Positions 47,029 to 58,457 of a stretch of 62,248 nucleotides of DNA are shown here, one piece after another. The notes under the pieces are model-generated. The model ran no database searches and was not told where the DNA came from. It worked only from the letters and a program-made list of their open reading frames with translations. The stretch lies in the IMG/VR virus record IMGVR_UViG_3300028490_000008, positions 1 through 62,248 of that record; one strand, 5' to 3'. Position numbers and translations under genes: made by a program. How positions within the stretch are numbered: position 1 is the stretch's first letter; every line of letters begins with the position of its first letter. The DNA comes from a virus (Duplodnaviria > Caudoviricetes).

Positions 47029-47169
47029 ATGAAGAGACAAACATTAAGATTAAGCGTACCGGCTAGTACAAAAGTCGGAATAAAAGCACAAAAAACAAAG
47101 AGTTCAGCAGTGGCTACAAATGCAACTGGTGGTACAATAACACTAAAAGGAACACGAAATGGCAATTAA
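47029..47169 (+). CDS. Possible small basic protein (46 aa; absent from the ORF track)
   Basis: ATG 2 nt after the upstream stop; the interval also holds TGGTACAAT at 47130-47138. Confidence 0.35.
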   Translation: MKRQTLRLSVPASTKVGIKAQKTKSSAVATNATGGTITLKGTRNGN

Positions 47170-48148
47170 TGAAGAAGAATTTGTAGCGTTACAAGGAAAA
47201 GTAGAGGCACTTGTAGACATATTATCTGGACGTCAGACCAGTTATGCAGACGGAGAGCAGCTAAAGCGTTTCATAGATAACTATGCAATCGTAGAGGCAC
47301 TAATTGAGAACGACTCAGTTGCTGACCTTATTGATAACGTAATCAAAGTAAAAGGTCGTTTTGAAGAAGTATCTAATAGGGTTGATGGTATCTTGGGTGC
47401 TGTTGAAGTAGAGTCTGCAAAGCTTGTATCAAACCTCGGAGAAGGATCTTCTGGTGTTGCTCTGAATGTTGCAGACATGGTATTGTTCCAAACCTCTGTG
47501 TCTGACTCATATAAGTCAATCCTTCAGCACCTTGGCGATATTGATATTAATGGTAAAGTAAATAGAATGGAGTCAGCTCTTAGAGAAGCTCTAGGACTTA
47601 TTGACTCTATGCGTTCACAGAAGGGTGAGATAGCAATTCTTCTTCAGAAGATTACAGACAATAAAGCACTTATTGACAATATGGAAGATGTGAACGAAAC
47701 ACAGACTCTACTTATTGACAATGCTGAGAACGTAATTGTTGAGATGGAAAAGCAAATAGAAAACTATGCATTCTACTCTGAGGAGTTTGATAAGGTATAT
47801 TCTACGGCAATCACGTTCGTATCCAAGTTCTCTGAATTGGTACATGAATTAGAAAGAGTGTCTGCTAGAGATGCTAAACTTGAGGAGATAATGGGTGCTG
47901 TTATTGACTTGACTGCCCAAGACTTCACTGATATGGAAGCGATCATAGGAAAAGTAACAACATCCCTTGACTCTCTTGCCTTAAATACAGCTCAAAAGCT
48001 TGATGACATGATGATGTTCGTTAACGAATATAATGCAGTAGGAATGGCAGTACACGCTGTTAGTGATAGATTGCAGGCTGTTACATCGGCTGTCGGAGAT
48101 GAATTGACTCTTCTTAATGAAGCAGAAATCGGCTATACTCAAATATAA
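47159..48148 (+). CDS. Acidic coiled-coil protein
   Basis: Heptad-like pattern throughout; AAAGGA RBS. Confidence 0.75.
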   Translation: MAINEEEFVALQGKVEALVDILSGRQTSYADGEQLKRFIDNYAIVEALIENDSVADLIDNVIKVKGRFEEVSNRVDGILGAVEVESAKLVSNLGEGSSGVALNVADMVLFQTSVSDSYKSILQHLGDIDINGKVNRMESALREALGLIDSMRSQKGEIAILLQKITDNKALIDNMEDVNETQTLLIDNAENVIVEMEKQIENYAFYSEEFDKVYSTAITFVSKFSELVHELERVSARDAKLEEIMGAVIDLTAQDFTDMEAIIGKVTTSLDSLALNTAQKLDDMMMFVNEYNAVGMAVHAVSDRLQAVTSAVGDELTLLNEAEIGYTQI

Positions 48149-48157
48149 GGGTCCCAC

Positions 48158-49312
48158 ATGAGACAGTTTAACTATACATATCGCTCTTTTATGAAGAATA
48201 GACATGGGTTTGTGAATATGGTTCCAGATGCAAAAATGCTTCACCCATACATCGGCTTTAGTGGGTATCATGGATATCCAACATTCCAGACAGGAGTAAG
48301 CCCTAATTACTCAAGTGATTTCTGTAGAATATTCACAGAGGAAGCCAGAGTGTTCACTCATAGCGTGAAGATGTTTTTCCCTGAAATAAAACATGGAGTT
48401 CTGTCTGTAGATAGCCTTCACTATTCAATAGATAAGAGTGATGAAGATGACGTAACTGTCACTTCCAGAGTAGTCCTAGATGGCAAATACGAAGAGTATG
48501 CTGTCATTAATGATTTCACGGCAGAGTTTGATGTTGAAATAACTGTATCTTTTGGCGAGAGAGGATCTCTTCTTCACCCTGCTGAAGTGTATTGTGACTT
48601 TATTGATGTGTATGTACATAACCAAAGAATATCATTAACCGTGCATGATAACAACCTTCTCTTTATTCCGTATGCAATGTCGTATCGTACAGAATTCCCA
48701 CCAGAAGTTGCAAGACTGGACTCCAAGTCTACAAACCTAGTAGCCAATACAGATCTTTCATATGGGTTTGTCTTAAATAAGACATCGATGGAGAAAATGA
48801 AGGAGAAAGGGTTTTCTTCTGCTAAACTAGACTCTATATTGTTGGATACAAAGAAGAAGGTTATGAATGTTACCAATAAACAAGTCGGTGGTGGTGATGG
48901 CTTTGGTTTGGGAATAGCAGATGTTATGGATGTCCATACAGGCGTTTCTGAAAAGTATGTACTGTTGTTGCCACAATCTATCTTCCCTGACAGAATGGAA
49001 CTTACAGGACTTCCTATTTTCAACTCAGAAAAAAACATGAAGTGTTGTGAATACAGAGAGGCAGGATGGTGTACTCCATATTTTGAAATATATGATGTAG
49101 AGAGTATATACCCAGAATGTCCTCCTGCTGAGTGTAGAAATGAAATATGTAAAGACACACCTCAGTATGAAGTAAGGAATAAAGTTATCGACGGATATCT
49201 TATTTTGGCAGACAAAACTTGGGAAGAATTAGACGATCTTGCAGGTGTATTAAACAAAGAGAAGAGGCTTAGAGATATAGCCAAACAAGACATTATAGTA
49301 GAGGAGGAATAG
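48158..49312 (+). CDS. Hypothetical protein with C-terminal Cys cluster
   Basis: KCC...WC...PECPPAEC...IC. Confidence 0.75.
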   Translation: MRQFNYTYRSFMKNRHGFVNMVPDAKMLHPYIGFSGYHGYPTFQTGVSPNYSSDFCRIFTEEARVFTHSVKMFFPEIKHGVLSVDSLHYSIDKSDEDDVTVTSRVVLDGKYEEYAVINDFTAEFDVEITVSFGERGSLLHPAEVYCDFIDVYVHNQRISLTVHDNNLLFIPYAMSYRTEFPPEVARLDSKSTNLVANTDLSYGFVLNKTSMEKMKEKGFSSAKLDSILLDTKKKVMNVTNKQVGGGDGFGLGIADVMDVHTGVSEKYVLLLPQSIFPDRMELTGLPIFNSEKNMKCCEYREAGWCTPYFEIYDVESIYPECPPAECRNEICKDTPQYEVRNKVIDGYLILADKTWEELDDLAGVLNKEKRLRDIAKQDIIVEEE

Positions 49313-49313
49313 C

Positions 49314-51584
49314 ATGATAGTTATTCAAGGTAAATCCGTATTAGAAAAAGGTGGAGGTGGTGCCGGTGGTGCCGGTGGAACTTTCACCATAACCCTCGAT
49401 AACGAGCACCCTACAATAGAGAGCACAGAAAATGAGGTGATGACCGATACCACAGTTGATAGAAACTCTAAAATGATAAAGTTTGATGGTAGCGATATAG
49501 ATAAGCAAATGGTTATAACTGTAGATGGAACCATAGAAGGTGTTGAGAACCCAATTCTATCTGAGGTAGTTGCAAAAGGAAGAGGGTACAAGATAAAGCC
49601 ACCTAGCATAGATATGGCAGGATTACCAAAAGAACAGTACCTGAAAGAGATGGTTGCCTTTCAAACAGCTCAGGTAGACTTAGTTCTTGGTACAGCTAAA
49701 TTCAACAGTGATTTCTTAGCTGTCACAATAACTTGCGACTGTGAGATTGCTGAAATAGAGCAAGACGTAAGTGATGCGGCAAAAATGAAAGTTACATCGC
49801 CTACAACTGTTCAATTTACATATGATGGAAACAAGATAATTCGTGCAGCCATGGGCAGTAACGACTTTATTATCATAGACTCCATTGAGGCAAAAGTGAC
49901 CGGGACACTTACTGAGACAGGTGAAGTTGCTGAAAGCTCATTGAATTATGAGAATGCAAATGGATACCCTATTGTAAATGCTGTTGCAGGGCTATCTTCT
50001 TCTGCTAAAAACTTTACTACTTTTGACTTAGGCATGCACATGTCGTCTGGGTGGTTGGATGGAATGGATATCCCTTATCAAATAAGATCACTTATATCTA
50101 CTGAGGCTACGATGTTCTACGCCTTGTTTAAATATCTGTATTTTGCTGCTGCGTCTCCTACGTACTTCAATAAGTCGGTTGATAAGATTGCCTTGTGTGG
50201 GACACAAGAGGGTGGATTGTATAAGATGCCTTACGTAGTAACCAACAATGCATCTTTCAATGGCACACCTATACAAGTCAGTGCGACAGCCAGGGGTCCA
50301 GAACTAGACGGGATGCCAACAGTATCAGCAAGTCAAGACACATTGTATTTTGATACATCTGGTGCCAGTACCGCAACAGGTAGAATACTTGTTGATGTGC
50401 TTGTTGCAGAGTCTCCTTTTTCTGTACACACCTTTGAAGCTCCTGCCGGTATTGGTAGTGGAGAGTTCGTTACTTCCGGAGTAGACTGTAAAGTATCACT
50501 TAATACTATTGACAATATGGGTAGTAGAGGTAGAGTTCAACAAGCATCAGCAGGAAACCTGCAAAGTTTCCACCATATGATAAATGGATTTGAGAATATG
50601 CTCGGAGTAGCTGACTTTGGAGCTATGATACTCATGATGGCACTAGCTATCATAACAAGAGGTATCGCTTGTGTTGGGTATTCAAATACACTAGCCTTTG
50701 TATTCTACCTTATGTACGAGAGAGAGAAGTTCATCTTGTCTGGAGCAGAGAGAAATATTATGCTAGGAGGGATTAAAGCTGTCCTGAACAGACATAATGT
50801 CAACATGGCAGGGGCTGGAACAAGCGTTCCGAAGAACCTTAGAAAAGAGATGAGTAAACAATACTTGGCTACGATACAGCAAGACATGTTCCGTTCTCAT
50901 CAGTCAGTATCAGGATACGGAGGATTTACTTGGATCTTTATGTGTATCCCTCTAAACTTTGTATTCCCTAGATACTTGCCATGGTTGCCGACAGCATCAG
51001 ATGTGGGTGTTCCTCTTGAAGTGAATATCCTAGAAAATGCAGACAAACCAAATGGTATTATCACTGATGACCATGTTGCTATGATGAAAAAGAACTTAGG
51101 TTTCTATATATTTGAGTCGAGAGTTGACTGGATACTTTCACCTATGTCTAAATCAGGAATAAAAGACAATGCTACATTCTGGATGCAGATGGGTAGTACG
51201 GTTGTTCTAAAACGTGACGGAAGACACCAAGAGATGTATGCAGTTGAAGATGATGGGTATAGAATTGGTGACTGGCAAGCAGGCGAACACAATGCTGACT
51301 ACGTATCAATCCCAGGAGAAATTGGGGACTTGTGGAACGAGTGGAAAGAGTCAGTATTGGCATCTACTACTAGATTTGCAAGACTCAACACCTTGAGTGG
51401 TCCTACGGGTGCGAGTGCACAAGCATGGGTAGAGGATACAACTAAGGATATCAGGTTTATGATGATTTGGAACGACTTCGAGGTTCTTGACATAGACAAC
51501 GAGACGCATATATCCAGAGGAAAGACTCAGAATGTTAAATTCTTGCGTCCAAACAAAGATGTAATTATTGCATTGAAAGCATAA
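49314..51584 (+). CDS. Large hypothetical protein with hydrophobic segments
   Basis: 756 aa; FGAMILMMALAII and FTWIFMCIPL segments. Confidence 0.75.
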   Translation: MIVIQGKSVLEKGGGGAGGAGGTFTITLDNEHPTIESTENEVMTDTTVDRNSKMIKFDGSDIDKQMVITVDGTIEGVENPILSEVVAKGRGYKIKPPSIDMAGLPKEQYLKEMVAFQTAQVDLVLGTAKFNSDFLAVTITCDCEIAEIEQDVSDAAKMKVTSPTTVQFTYDGNKIIRAAMGSNDFIIIDSIEAKVTGTLTETGEVAESSLNYENANGYPIVNAVAGLSSSAKNFTTFDLGMHMSSGWLDGMDIPYQIRSLISTEATMFYALFKYLYFAAASPTYFNKSVDKIALCGTQEGGLYKMPYVVTNNASFNGTPIQVSATARGPELDGMPTVSASQDTLYFDTSGASTATGRILVDVLVAESPFSVHTFEAPAGIGSGEFVTSGVDCKVSLNTIDNMGSRGRVQQASAGNLQSFHHMINGFENMLGVADFGAMILMMALAIITRGIACVGYSNTLAFVFYLMYEREKFILSGAERNIMLGGIKAVLNRHNVNMAGAGTSVPKNLRKEMSKQYLATIQQDMFRSHQSVSGYGGFTWIFMCIPLNFVFPRYLPWLPTASDVGVPLEVNILENADKPNGIITDDHVAMMKKNLGFYIFESRVDWILSPMSKSGIKDNATFWMQMGSTVVLKRDGRHQEMYAVEDDGYRIGDWQAGEHNADYVSIPGEIGDLWNEWKESVLASTTRFARLNTLSGPTGASAQAWVEDTTKDIRFMMIWNDFEVLDIDNETHISRGKTQNVKFLRPNKDVIIALKA

Positions 51585-51593
51585 GGATAAGAA

Positions 51594-52742
51594 ATGGCCA
51601 TAGTACAACAAATAAGTGATACAGAGTTTATAATATCTGTTACAGATGCATCAGTGAAAGGTGCATACAGAACAGAGATAGAAGATCCTCTTCCTCCAGT
51701 GGGAGAGGCTGCCACAAAATCGTTCACTGCAACAATCACCCTGAAGATCACAGATGACTTTGCTGCTTATGCTAGAACAGTTTGTGCGTCCAAACTCACA
51801 TTAGACATTGAGTCAGTATCTCAAGAGTCTATATCGGCAGTGTTAGATGGGGTTATTTCCTCTCCTATTCCTGTAGCTCCTATCTATGGAGACAGTGGTG
51901 TCCCTGAGCTGACAAAAGAAGACATAGGGAATATGTCATACAATCTTGAGTCCGTAAATACTACGAAAGAGATCACCTTTACTGCTAATATATCAAACAA
52001 TGCAAGATACACAATTATGTTTATGCCGGACGCAAAAGGTTTTGATATAAAACTCATTGACATGTCTGCCGGAGTATCAATGTATGAAGAGCACCCTTTT
52101 GTTTTGGTTACTCCTTTTATTATAGGAAACCTAGCTCCATCATTCCTACAAGATGGACCGGGTGTTGCAGAAGTTCCTGGGTCTATGAATGATGCTAGAA
52201 TATTTGTTCTTGAGAAAGAAGAGACTGTTCAGTTTGCAGAAACGCTAACGAATGAAATAATTAAGATGCGTGGTGTGGTGAGCAGGGGAGATATCTCAGA
52301 TGCGTATCCGAAACTTATTGCTGAGATGTTTTGGAGAGACGGGTCTATACCTGCAGAGGATGCTCCTTCGTCCCCTCATACGACACACATATATGGCGTA
52401 GGTGTATCTGGTAAGGCATTACAAGTCATAGAACTTACAGGGCTGAAGCAGAACCAGATGAGACCGGGTATTATCTCTATGTTCAGAGGTACTGCTACAA
52501 CGAGATATATCTATGGTGATATTAGATACCCAGGGAACCCAAGAATATCTGCTGCAAAGCCAAGATTTGATATCATTACAGATAGTGAAGAGTGGACATT
52601 GTATGGTCCATTGTCGCCAAAATATGTTGGTAGTGAAACGGCAGGAGATGAACCTACAGCCATTTTTTCTTGGGAAGGTAGAGCCTCTGCTTCACCGAAG
52701 AAAATACCTCAGATAGCAGCACAGCTTGAAAATTTTAACTAG
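51594..52742 (+). CDS. Hypothetical protein
   Basis: 382-aa ORF with AAGGA RBS. Confidence 0.75.
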   Translation: MAIVQQISDTEFIISVTDASVKGAYRTEIEDPLPPVGEAATKSFTATITLKITDDFAAYARTVCASKLTLDIESVSQESISAVLDGVISSPIPVAPIYGDSGVPELTKEDIGNMSYNLESVNTTKEITFTANISNNARYTIMFMPDAKGFDIKLIDMSAGVSMYEEHPFVLVTPFIIGNLAPSFLQDGPGVAEVPGSMNDARIFVLEKEETVQFAETLTNEIIKMRGVVSRGDISDAYPKLIAEMFWRDGSIPAEDAPSSPHTTHIYGVGVSGKALQVIELTGLKQNQMRPGIISMFRGTATTRYIYGDIRYPGNPRISAAKPRFDIITDSEEWTLYGPLSPKYVGSETAGDEPTAIFSWEGRASASPKKIPQIAAQLENFN

Positions 52743-52750
52743 GAATAAAT

Positions 52751-55700
52751 ATGAGTAATTTTATTGATGAACATGTGAATATGGACGTTATCGACAACAT
52801 TGGAAAAGTATACACACAAGAGCTTGGTAACATTAATGGGACCATTGGCGATACTGGAGTAAAGCTGTCATCGAACAGAACTCTACTACTAGACCTTGGA
52901 GTAGGTGTTTCTTTCCCCGTAGTTGGGGAGATTATTCCAAACATGAAGCCACCTACAGACTATCTTAGTTGTGACGTTTATACAATATCTGACTCAATGC
53001 GAACTCTAAGAGACGTATATGAGGGAGGTTTTGAGATAAATGAGCTTGGGTACAATGCCGACACATGGCCTGCTGCAACTCCAGAAGATAGATCTGCTGC
53101 CGTTTGTAGATTTCTAACTGTGCAAAGAATGAAGCAACGTCAGTCTTTAACACTGGATGTTGTGTCATACAACTCTCACGGACTTGTCCATTCAGGCAAA
53201 GCAAAAGAAATGCAATCTCCTGTTATGTTTGATCTAAACAAGAATAGCTTAGGACATATAGACAGACAACTAAGCACATTCAACTTAGCCAAACTATCAA
53301 GAGAGATTGTGTCGGTTATGTTCAATAAAGACGACAAGCTTTCTATTGCAATAAATTATGACGAGATAAACCCTGATTTCAGAGGAATGATTGAGTATGA
53401 GGTCCTAGACACTTCTCTCTCATCAGAGCATATTATTGAGAGAAAGCGAATGCTTATCACTCATAGTGTATCCGGTGTTGCGTATGTGCCTGTCACGGAA
53501 GGTCTGTTTATTGACCAGACGTATGAGTCAGACATAACCTCTGTGGTAGAAGTTATACAAAGCGAATGCAAGACAGCCGTTGCAATAGATGGAGAAAATA
53601 TAGTCTCAGGGGAATGGTTTGCTATAAACAAGACAAGTCAGAGTATGAGAGTTTCCTTGGACAATGGAGATGTTCTTGCTTTAGACCCGTATGGGATGAA
53701 AAAATGTGGAGCTGCACAGCCTGTGTTCGCTACAACATTTAAGTTTACATACACTAGACCTGCTTCTGTTTCAGGAAATATAGTAGATGGTCTTTTATAT
53801 AAGCAACGGTCACGATTTCATCATGGTAGCATCTCTGGTAAATTTGTAGACAAAATAAAATTTGCGATATACGACGTCACTGCAGCAGGAGCTAAATACA
53901 TATCTTCTGCTACAGGTGGTACGTACTTTGGTCCATACAAGGTAGACAAAGATATATCTACCTATGATGTTGTTCAATTCGGAGACAGTAATAACCCAAT
54001 ACAGGCTATTCGATCACAAGGTGTAGATATGTACTTTGAAGGTCAGAGCGTGTATGCGAAAGCTGTCGCTGATGTAAACTTTCAATTATTGTCACTATCT
54101 ACAGAGAGAGGAAATTCTGGAGAGTTTTCTATTGTAGTTGGAGGGATGAAATTTAGTTCTCTGTATGAAGTTCCAACAGGATCTGTACATAGAGACAGAG
54201 AGTTCATGTATGAGAGCAATTTCTTTATTACAACAAACGCTGTTGTAGGTGAAATTATCGGTAGAGTGTATCCAACAACATATTTTAGAATAAAAAGAGT
54301 ACATGAGGCAATCTGCGTGGGTGCGAGCGAGTTCCCTATGGAAGATGGTCATGTAAACGCAAGAAACTATTACAGTCCTGCTGAAGTCGCAGGAGTATAC
54401 TCAAGGTCAGAGGGATACATTTCTATCATAAACAACCATACAGTTGAAAATGACGACATAACATACTCGATAAAAGCAGTTGCCGGGAAAATAGGTGATG
54501 TACCTATGGTGGTTCAGTCTTTCGGCTATGTAACAAGAGCAACAATGATGGCTGCTCCATCAGAGCACTTCTTGTCTGCGAAGATGCGTGACTCGTACTC
54601 GTCCCGAACAAGAAAGCGTTACGCAGGGTCTATCGAAAGAGAAACAGCAAACTATAGGATTATGTGGATTAAATTGAAAGAGGTGGGAACTGATGAGACT
54701 ACTTTCATTTTCGACCATGAATATGATGATGAGCATGCTCCTCACCTTGGACACAGTAGTTACTTAAACCAGAGATCAGCTTGTCCTAAATCAGCACCAC
54801 ATCCTGTATCAAAACTTACATGGGTTACAAACATGCTTGAGTATACAGCACATTGGTCTAAGACGGGAGCATCTATCGTTCCTGGTGAAATAGAAGCAAG
54901 TGACTTAAAGCTAAACAAAAGTTGTCCTTCTTATGGTTTTGGTATTTATGGAAGTATAGAAACTAAATCTATTGACAAGATTGGCAACATAGCAGTAACA
55001 GCTTTGTCTGCACAGTCCTCATCCAATCTAACGGACAGCATTATTATTACTGAGCCAGAAGTTATACAATACAGCAACACACTATTTGAGGATGCTTCAG
55101 TTGTTGCATTCCCTGATCTTGGCTTCTTTTATATTTCAGAAGAGAACATAACTTTTGAAGATATATCAGTGTATACAGAGACTCAAATAAGAGAGCCTTT
55201 TAAAAGGGGTATCACGATTGAGTGGGCAGATTATATACTAGAAGCGTACCTTGAGTATGTAGAGGCAGAGACAAACGTGTTCTCTGTCTACAATCTCATT
55301 GACAAGAGTGATGCTGACAACAACATTTCAATATCTCAGCATTTTCCTGATGGGGCTATAAGCACATCTACTATGTACCAAGTAGATGAACTGTATACCC
55401 AAAGAAGAGAGACTGATGAACAAAAGTGTATCCCTATGTATTTAGCAAATGCTTTAATGCGTAAATATGGTCATGTTCAGAATATCCTTGGAGTATGGGA
55501 TGAGAGTAGTGGTGTTATTGTTAATGATGCAACTATTTCATTTCGTAAAGACACTATGTCTGCAGGATACAAAGTCTACCCTTTATGTGGAGGAGCAGAA
55601 CCTATCGATATAGTGGATCACTATGCAATGCTCTCTGTGTATAAGACAGGCAAGCCATATGATGTTTCCCCTGAAGTGCGTGTTGCTGTGAACAAGTTTG

Positions 55701-56722
55701 GTCGGATAGATGGATACGAGGCTACGGCAGAGGCAGAGGCAGAAATCTTGTATCTTGCCGGTGACGAGGTTGGTGCATCAAAAAGAGCACTAGACGGAAT
55801 ATCTAAAAACATATCTGGAGACTTGTATATGCAAGTATCTCCAATGCTATTTGGTATGCAGGGTCCATGGAAAAATCCTATAGACTATGTGACTCAAAAC
55901 GAAAAAATACTACTTTCAGGAGAATTGACATACAGCATTAAGCCGAAGTCGAGACTCATTATGGAATTCAGTGTAGGTCCAGAAAACGTACTACACCTAA
56001 ATGAAGAGGGTAGGCAGTTTGATGAAATGTATGACATCATCGATGGATATGTAGAGGAAGAAGTTATCTCCAATGACAAAAAGACTCCCTTGCAGCGTGG
56101 TGATACATCATACTCTTTGAAGTATACTAACCATGCAGGAGGAGGAATTCTCCTTGACAGATCTATAGTTGTAGACTTAGAAGCATATCCTGCTCGTTTA
56201 TCGTACCCTACGAACAACCTAACAAGAGAACTAATCTCTCCTATAAGAGAAGATGCTCACAGCAAGAAAATGGACGCAAGGGCTGTTTACGTTCGTTTTG
56301 ATACAAGGTATGTATCTGAAAGTATCCGTTCCTACTATGATAAGTTTATAGAGGCTCCTACAGCTCTGACTTGTGACTCTCTTCCTGAAGAGGCTGTATT
56401 AAGTAGAGACCATGAAAATAACCATTCTCTATACAAGAATTTGACTAACACTGTTTTTGGTAACAGTCTTATGTCTATAGGTGGTAGAATATTGTTGTCT
56501 TTTGATAATGACACTGACGAGACAAAAGAGTTGACTCCTGTTTACAACAACACATTCAAGTTGTTTTCTGCAGGACGTGGACGAGGTGTATCATCTTTCA
56601 AGCTAGACGATGTATATAGACTCATAAAATCTCACATCTTATTCAGAGGGGCATCAGAAGAAAGCCCACAAGGAAGAGATAAGAGAGATGGTAAATTTGT
56701 AAACACAGAGACAGGAGCATAG
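52751..56722 (+). CDS. Very large hypothetical protein (putative tail/baseplate)
   Basis: 1323-aa ORF; function inferred from context only. Confidence 0.7.
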   Translation: MSNFIDEHVNMDVIDNIGKVYTQELGNINGTIGDTGVKLSSNRTLLLDLGVGVSFPVVGEIIPNMKPPTDYLSCDVYTISDSMRTLRDVYEGGFEINELGYNADTWPAATPEDRSAAVCRFLTVQRMKQRQSLTLDVVSYNSHGLVHSGKAKEMQSPVMFDLNKNSLGHIDRQLSTFNLAKLSREIVSVMFNKDDKLSIAINYDEINPDFRGMIEYEVLDTSLSSEHIIERKRMLITHSVSGVAYVPVTEGLFIDQTYESDITSVVEVIQSECKTAVAIDGENIVSGEWFAINKTSQSMRVSLDNGDVLALDPYGMKKCGAAQPVFATTFKFTYTRPASVSGNIVDGLLYKQRSRFHHGSISGKFVDKIKFAIYDVTAAGAKYISSATGGTYFGPYKVDKDISTYDVVQFGDSNNPIQAIRSQGVDMYFEGQSVYAKAVADVNFQLLSLSTERGNSGEFSIVVGGMKFSSLYEVPTGSVHRDREFMYESNFFITTNAVVGEIIGRVYPTTYFRIKRVHEAICVGASEFPMEDGHVNARNYYSPAEVAGVYSRSEGYISIINNHTVENDDITYSIKAVAGKIGDVPMVVQSFGYVTRATMMAAPSEHFLSAKMRDSYSSRTRKRYAGSIERETANYRIMWIKLKEVGTDETTFIFDHEYDDEHAPHLGHSSYLNQRSACPKSAPHPVSKLTWVTNMLEYTAHWSKTGASIVPGEIEASDLKLNKSCPSYGFGIYGSIETKSIDKIGNIAVTALSAQSSSNLTDSIIITEPEVIQYSNTLFEDASVVAFPDLGFFYISEENITFEDISVYTETQIREPFKRGITIEWADYILEAYLEYVEAETNVFSVYNLIDKSDADNNISISQHFPDGAISTSTMYQVDELYTQRRETDEQKCIPMYLANALMRKYGHVQNILGVWDESSGVIVNDATISFRKDTMSAGYKVYPLCGGAEPIDIVDHYAMLSVYKTGKPYDVSPEVRVAVNKFGRIDGYEATAEAEAEILYLAGDEVGASKRALDGISKNISGDLYMQVSPMLFGMQGPWKNPIDYVTQNEKILLSGELTYSIKPKSRLIMEFSVGPENVLHLNEEGRQFDEMYDIIDGYVEEEVISNDKKTPLQRGDTSYSLKYTNHAGGGILLDRSIVVDLEAYPARLSYPTNNLTRELISPIREDAHSKKMDARAVYVRFDTRYVSESIRSYYDKFIEAPTALTCDSLPEEAVLSRDHENNHSLYKNLTNTVFGNSLMSIGGRILLSFDNDTDETKELTPVYNNTFKLFSAGRGRGVSSFKLDDVYRLIKSHILFRGASEESPQGRDKRDGKFVNTETGA

Positions 56723-56723
56723 T

Positions 56724-58457
56724 ATGATATGGATAAATGACGTAATTGTTGATTATGAAAAGGCAGTGAATGCCTTAAATTTTGATAAGCTTGGTCACGA
56801 GACAGGGCTTGGATCTTGGGGTGTAAAAATAAATATAGAAGATAGTTTTGACGATAACCTGTCTTTATATCTTGGGTTGAAGTTTGACGTATTGAGTATA
56901 ATCACAAACAGATACTTGACTACTTTTGTAAACATACCAAGAGCATACAAGGAGCAGATAAGCAAGCTTGAGAAAGATGCTCAACTGAACCATGCTGTAT
57001 CTTCTGTGTCTACATTTGTACCAGACATCAATGCAGATACTGTAATAGATTTTTATATCGATGTTCACAAGGTATCTATAGATATAGTTGAGTTTGCGAA
57101 CACTGTATATCAATATGTGGATACAACTGAAGCATACTCTGCAATCACACGAGATAAAGTATTCTTGTCTGGCAGCAAGAAGGCAGCAAGAGGCGTCTCT
57201 GCTAAAATGTTGAGAGTGTATGATGGAAACCTAGAAAACTTCGGCTTCATATTCACTCGTGACTCCATAGACTTTGTACTTAACGAAATGATTGTTAAAG
57301 ATGATTTGATCCATGACGAGATAAAATATACATACTGGCTGACTCCTCACGATAGAGAGGAATACAAGTTCTTCCATAACAACGGGAATGTCCCTGCTGA
57401 GCAAGGTAGTGATTTTATCACAGGTCTTGGTAATGAAAAAATAGGCGAGACAGAAACAGACAAGTTGTATCAATATGACAGACGTGGAATGAGAGCAGGG
57501 TATTATGATGTTACAGTAGAAGATCCTATTGTGAACCATGGCTTCTTCGATGGGAATATTGAGAGTTCTGACACTTTTCAATTTGCAAGAGACTCATCTC
57601 TTCGTTTTCATAAGCATGCTGCTCAAGTGTCAATAAACTCATCATACAGACAACACATCAGCCCATACCTTGCTACCTTGCTTGACTCTGCATTGGGAGG
57701 AGAGAGGACTTCTGTTGCAAGTCATACAGTCGTAGCCTTATCAAGAAGAGAAATGCATGCAATGTTTACTGTGTGTGATAGAGGTCCTTGTTACTTGAGA
57801 TATGATAGTGATATGGAGAACAGTCTTCTTGCCGACTTGTTACAGTCTATGCAAACGCTTATTCCTAATGAGCCAGTAGATGCAGTCGCACACATAAATG
57901 AGTTATCTAGTTCAACGGTGGTTATGCCTTTTGTTATCCAAAATAAGATACATGATTTCAGAGCATTACACCCTGACGAATTGAAAGAGTGTATCATTTT
58001 TATCTATCATCCAATCATTGACAAATTTGTATTCTATGAAATGGGAAGCAATGATGTAGCTGAGATTACTCAGCAGTCATTATTGTTTAATTCCGACGGA
58101 ACTCAGTACGGAATTGATATGAGAGGTCCATATCCTGTATTTGTATGGTCAAATTTCAAAAAAAGATTTAGAGACGTAAAAAGTAGATGGATGAACATGA
58201 AAGGTCAAGTAACTTCGATGGGTAGGTCTTTTGAAGCAGTACAAGACCCTGTTGAGAACCTATTTGTGCAGACGGATTGTAAAATTCCAGTATACGATGA
58301 CCTGACTTTCCAAGGTGATTGTGCTAAAATTATAGCAATAAACAAAGAGGACGTCCGTAATTTGCTTAGTAAAACAAGTGGAGTTGTGGATAGTGAATTT
58401 GTTTTCGGAATAAAAACCGGCGATATTGAAATCTCAAGGAGTGGACTATGGATGTAA
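56724..58457 (+). CDS. Hypothetical protein
   Basis: 577-aa coupled ORF. Confidence 0.75.
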   Translation: MIWINDVIVDYEKAVNALNFDKLGHETGLGSWGVKINIEDSFDDNLSLYLGLKFDVLSIITNRYLTTFVNIPRAYKEQISKLEKDAQLNHAVSSVSTFVPDINADTVIDFYIDVHKVSIDIVEFANTVYQYVDTTEAYSAITRDKVFLSGSKKAARGVSAKMLRVYDGNLENFGFIFTRDSIDFVLNEMIVKDDLIHDEIKYTYWLTPHDREEYKFFHNNGNVPAEQGSDFITGLGNEKIGETETDKLYQYDRRGMRAGYYDVTVEDPIVNHGFFDGNIESSDTFQFARDSSLRFHKHAAQVSINSSYRQHISPYLATLLDSALGGERTSVASHTVVALSRREMHAMFTVCDRGPCYLRYDSDMENSLLADLLQSMQTLIPNEPVDAVAHINELSSSTVVMPFVIQNKIHDFRALHPDELKECIIFIYHPIIDKFVFYEMGSNDVAEITQQSLLFNSDGTQYGIDMRGPYPVFVWSNFKKRFRDVKSRWMNMKGQVTSMGRSFEAVQDPVENLFVQTDCKIPVYDDLTFQGDCAKIIAINKEDVRNLLSKTSGVVDSEFVFGIKTGDIEISRSGLWM

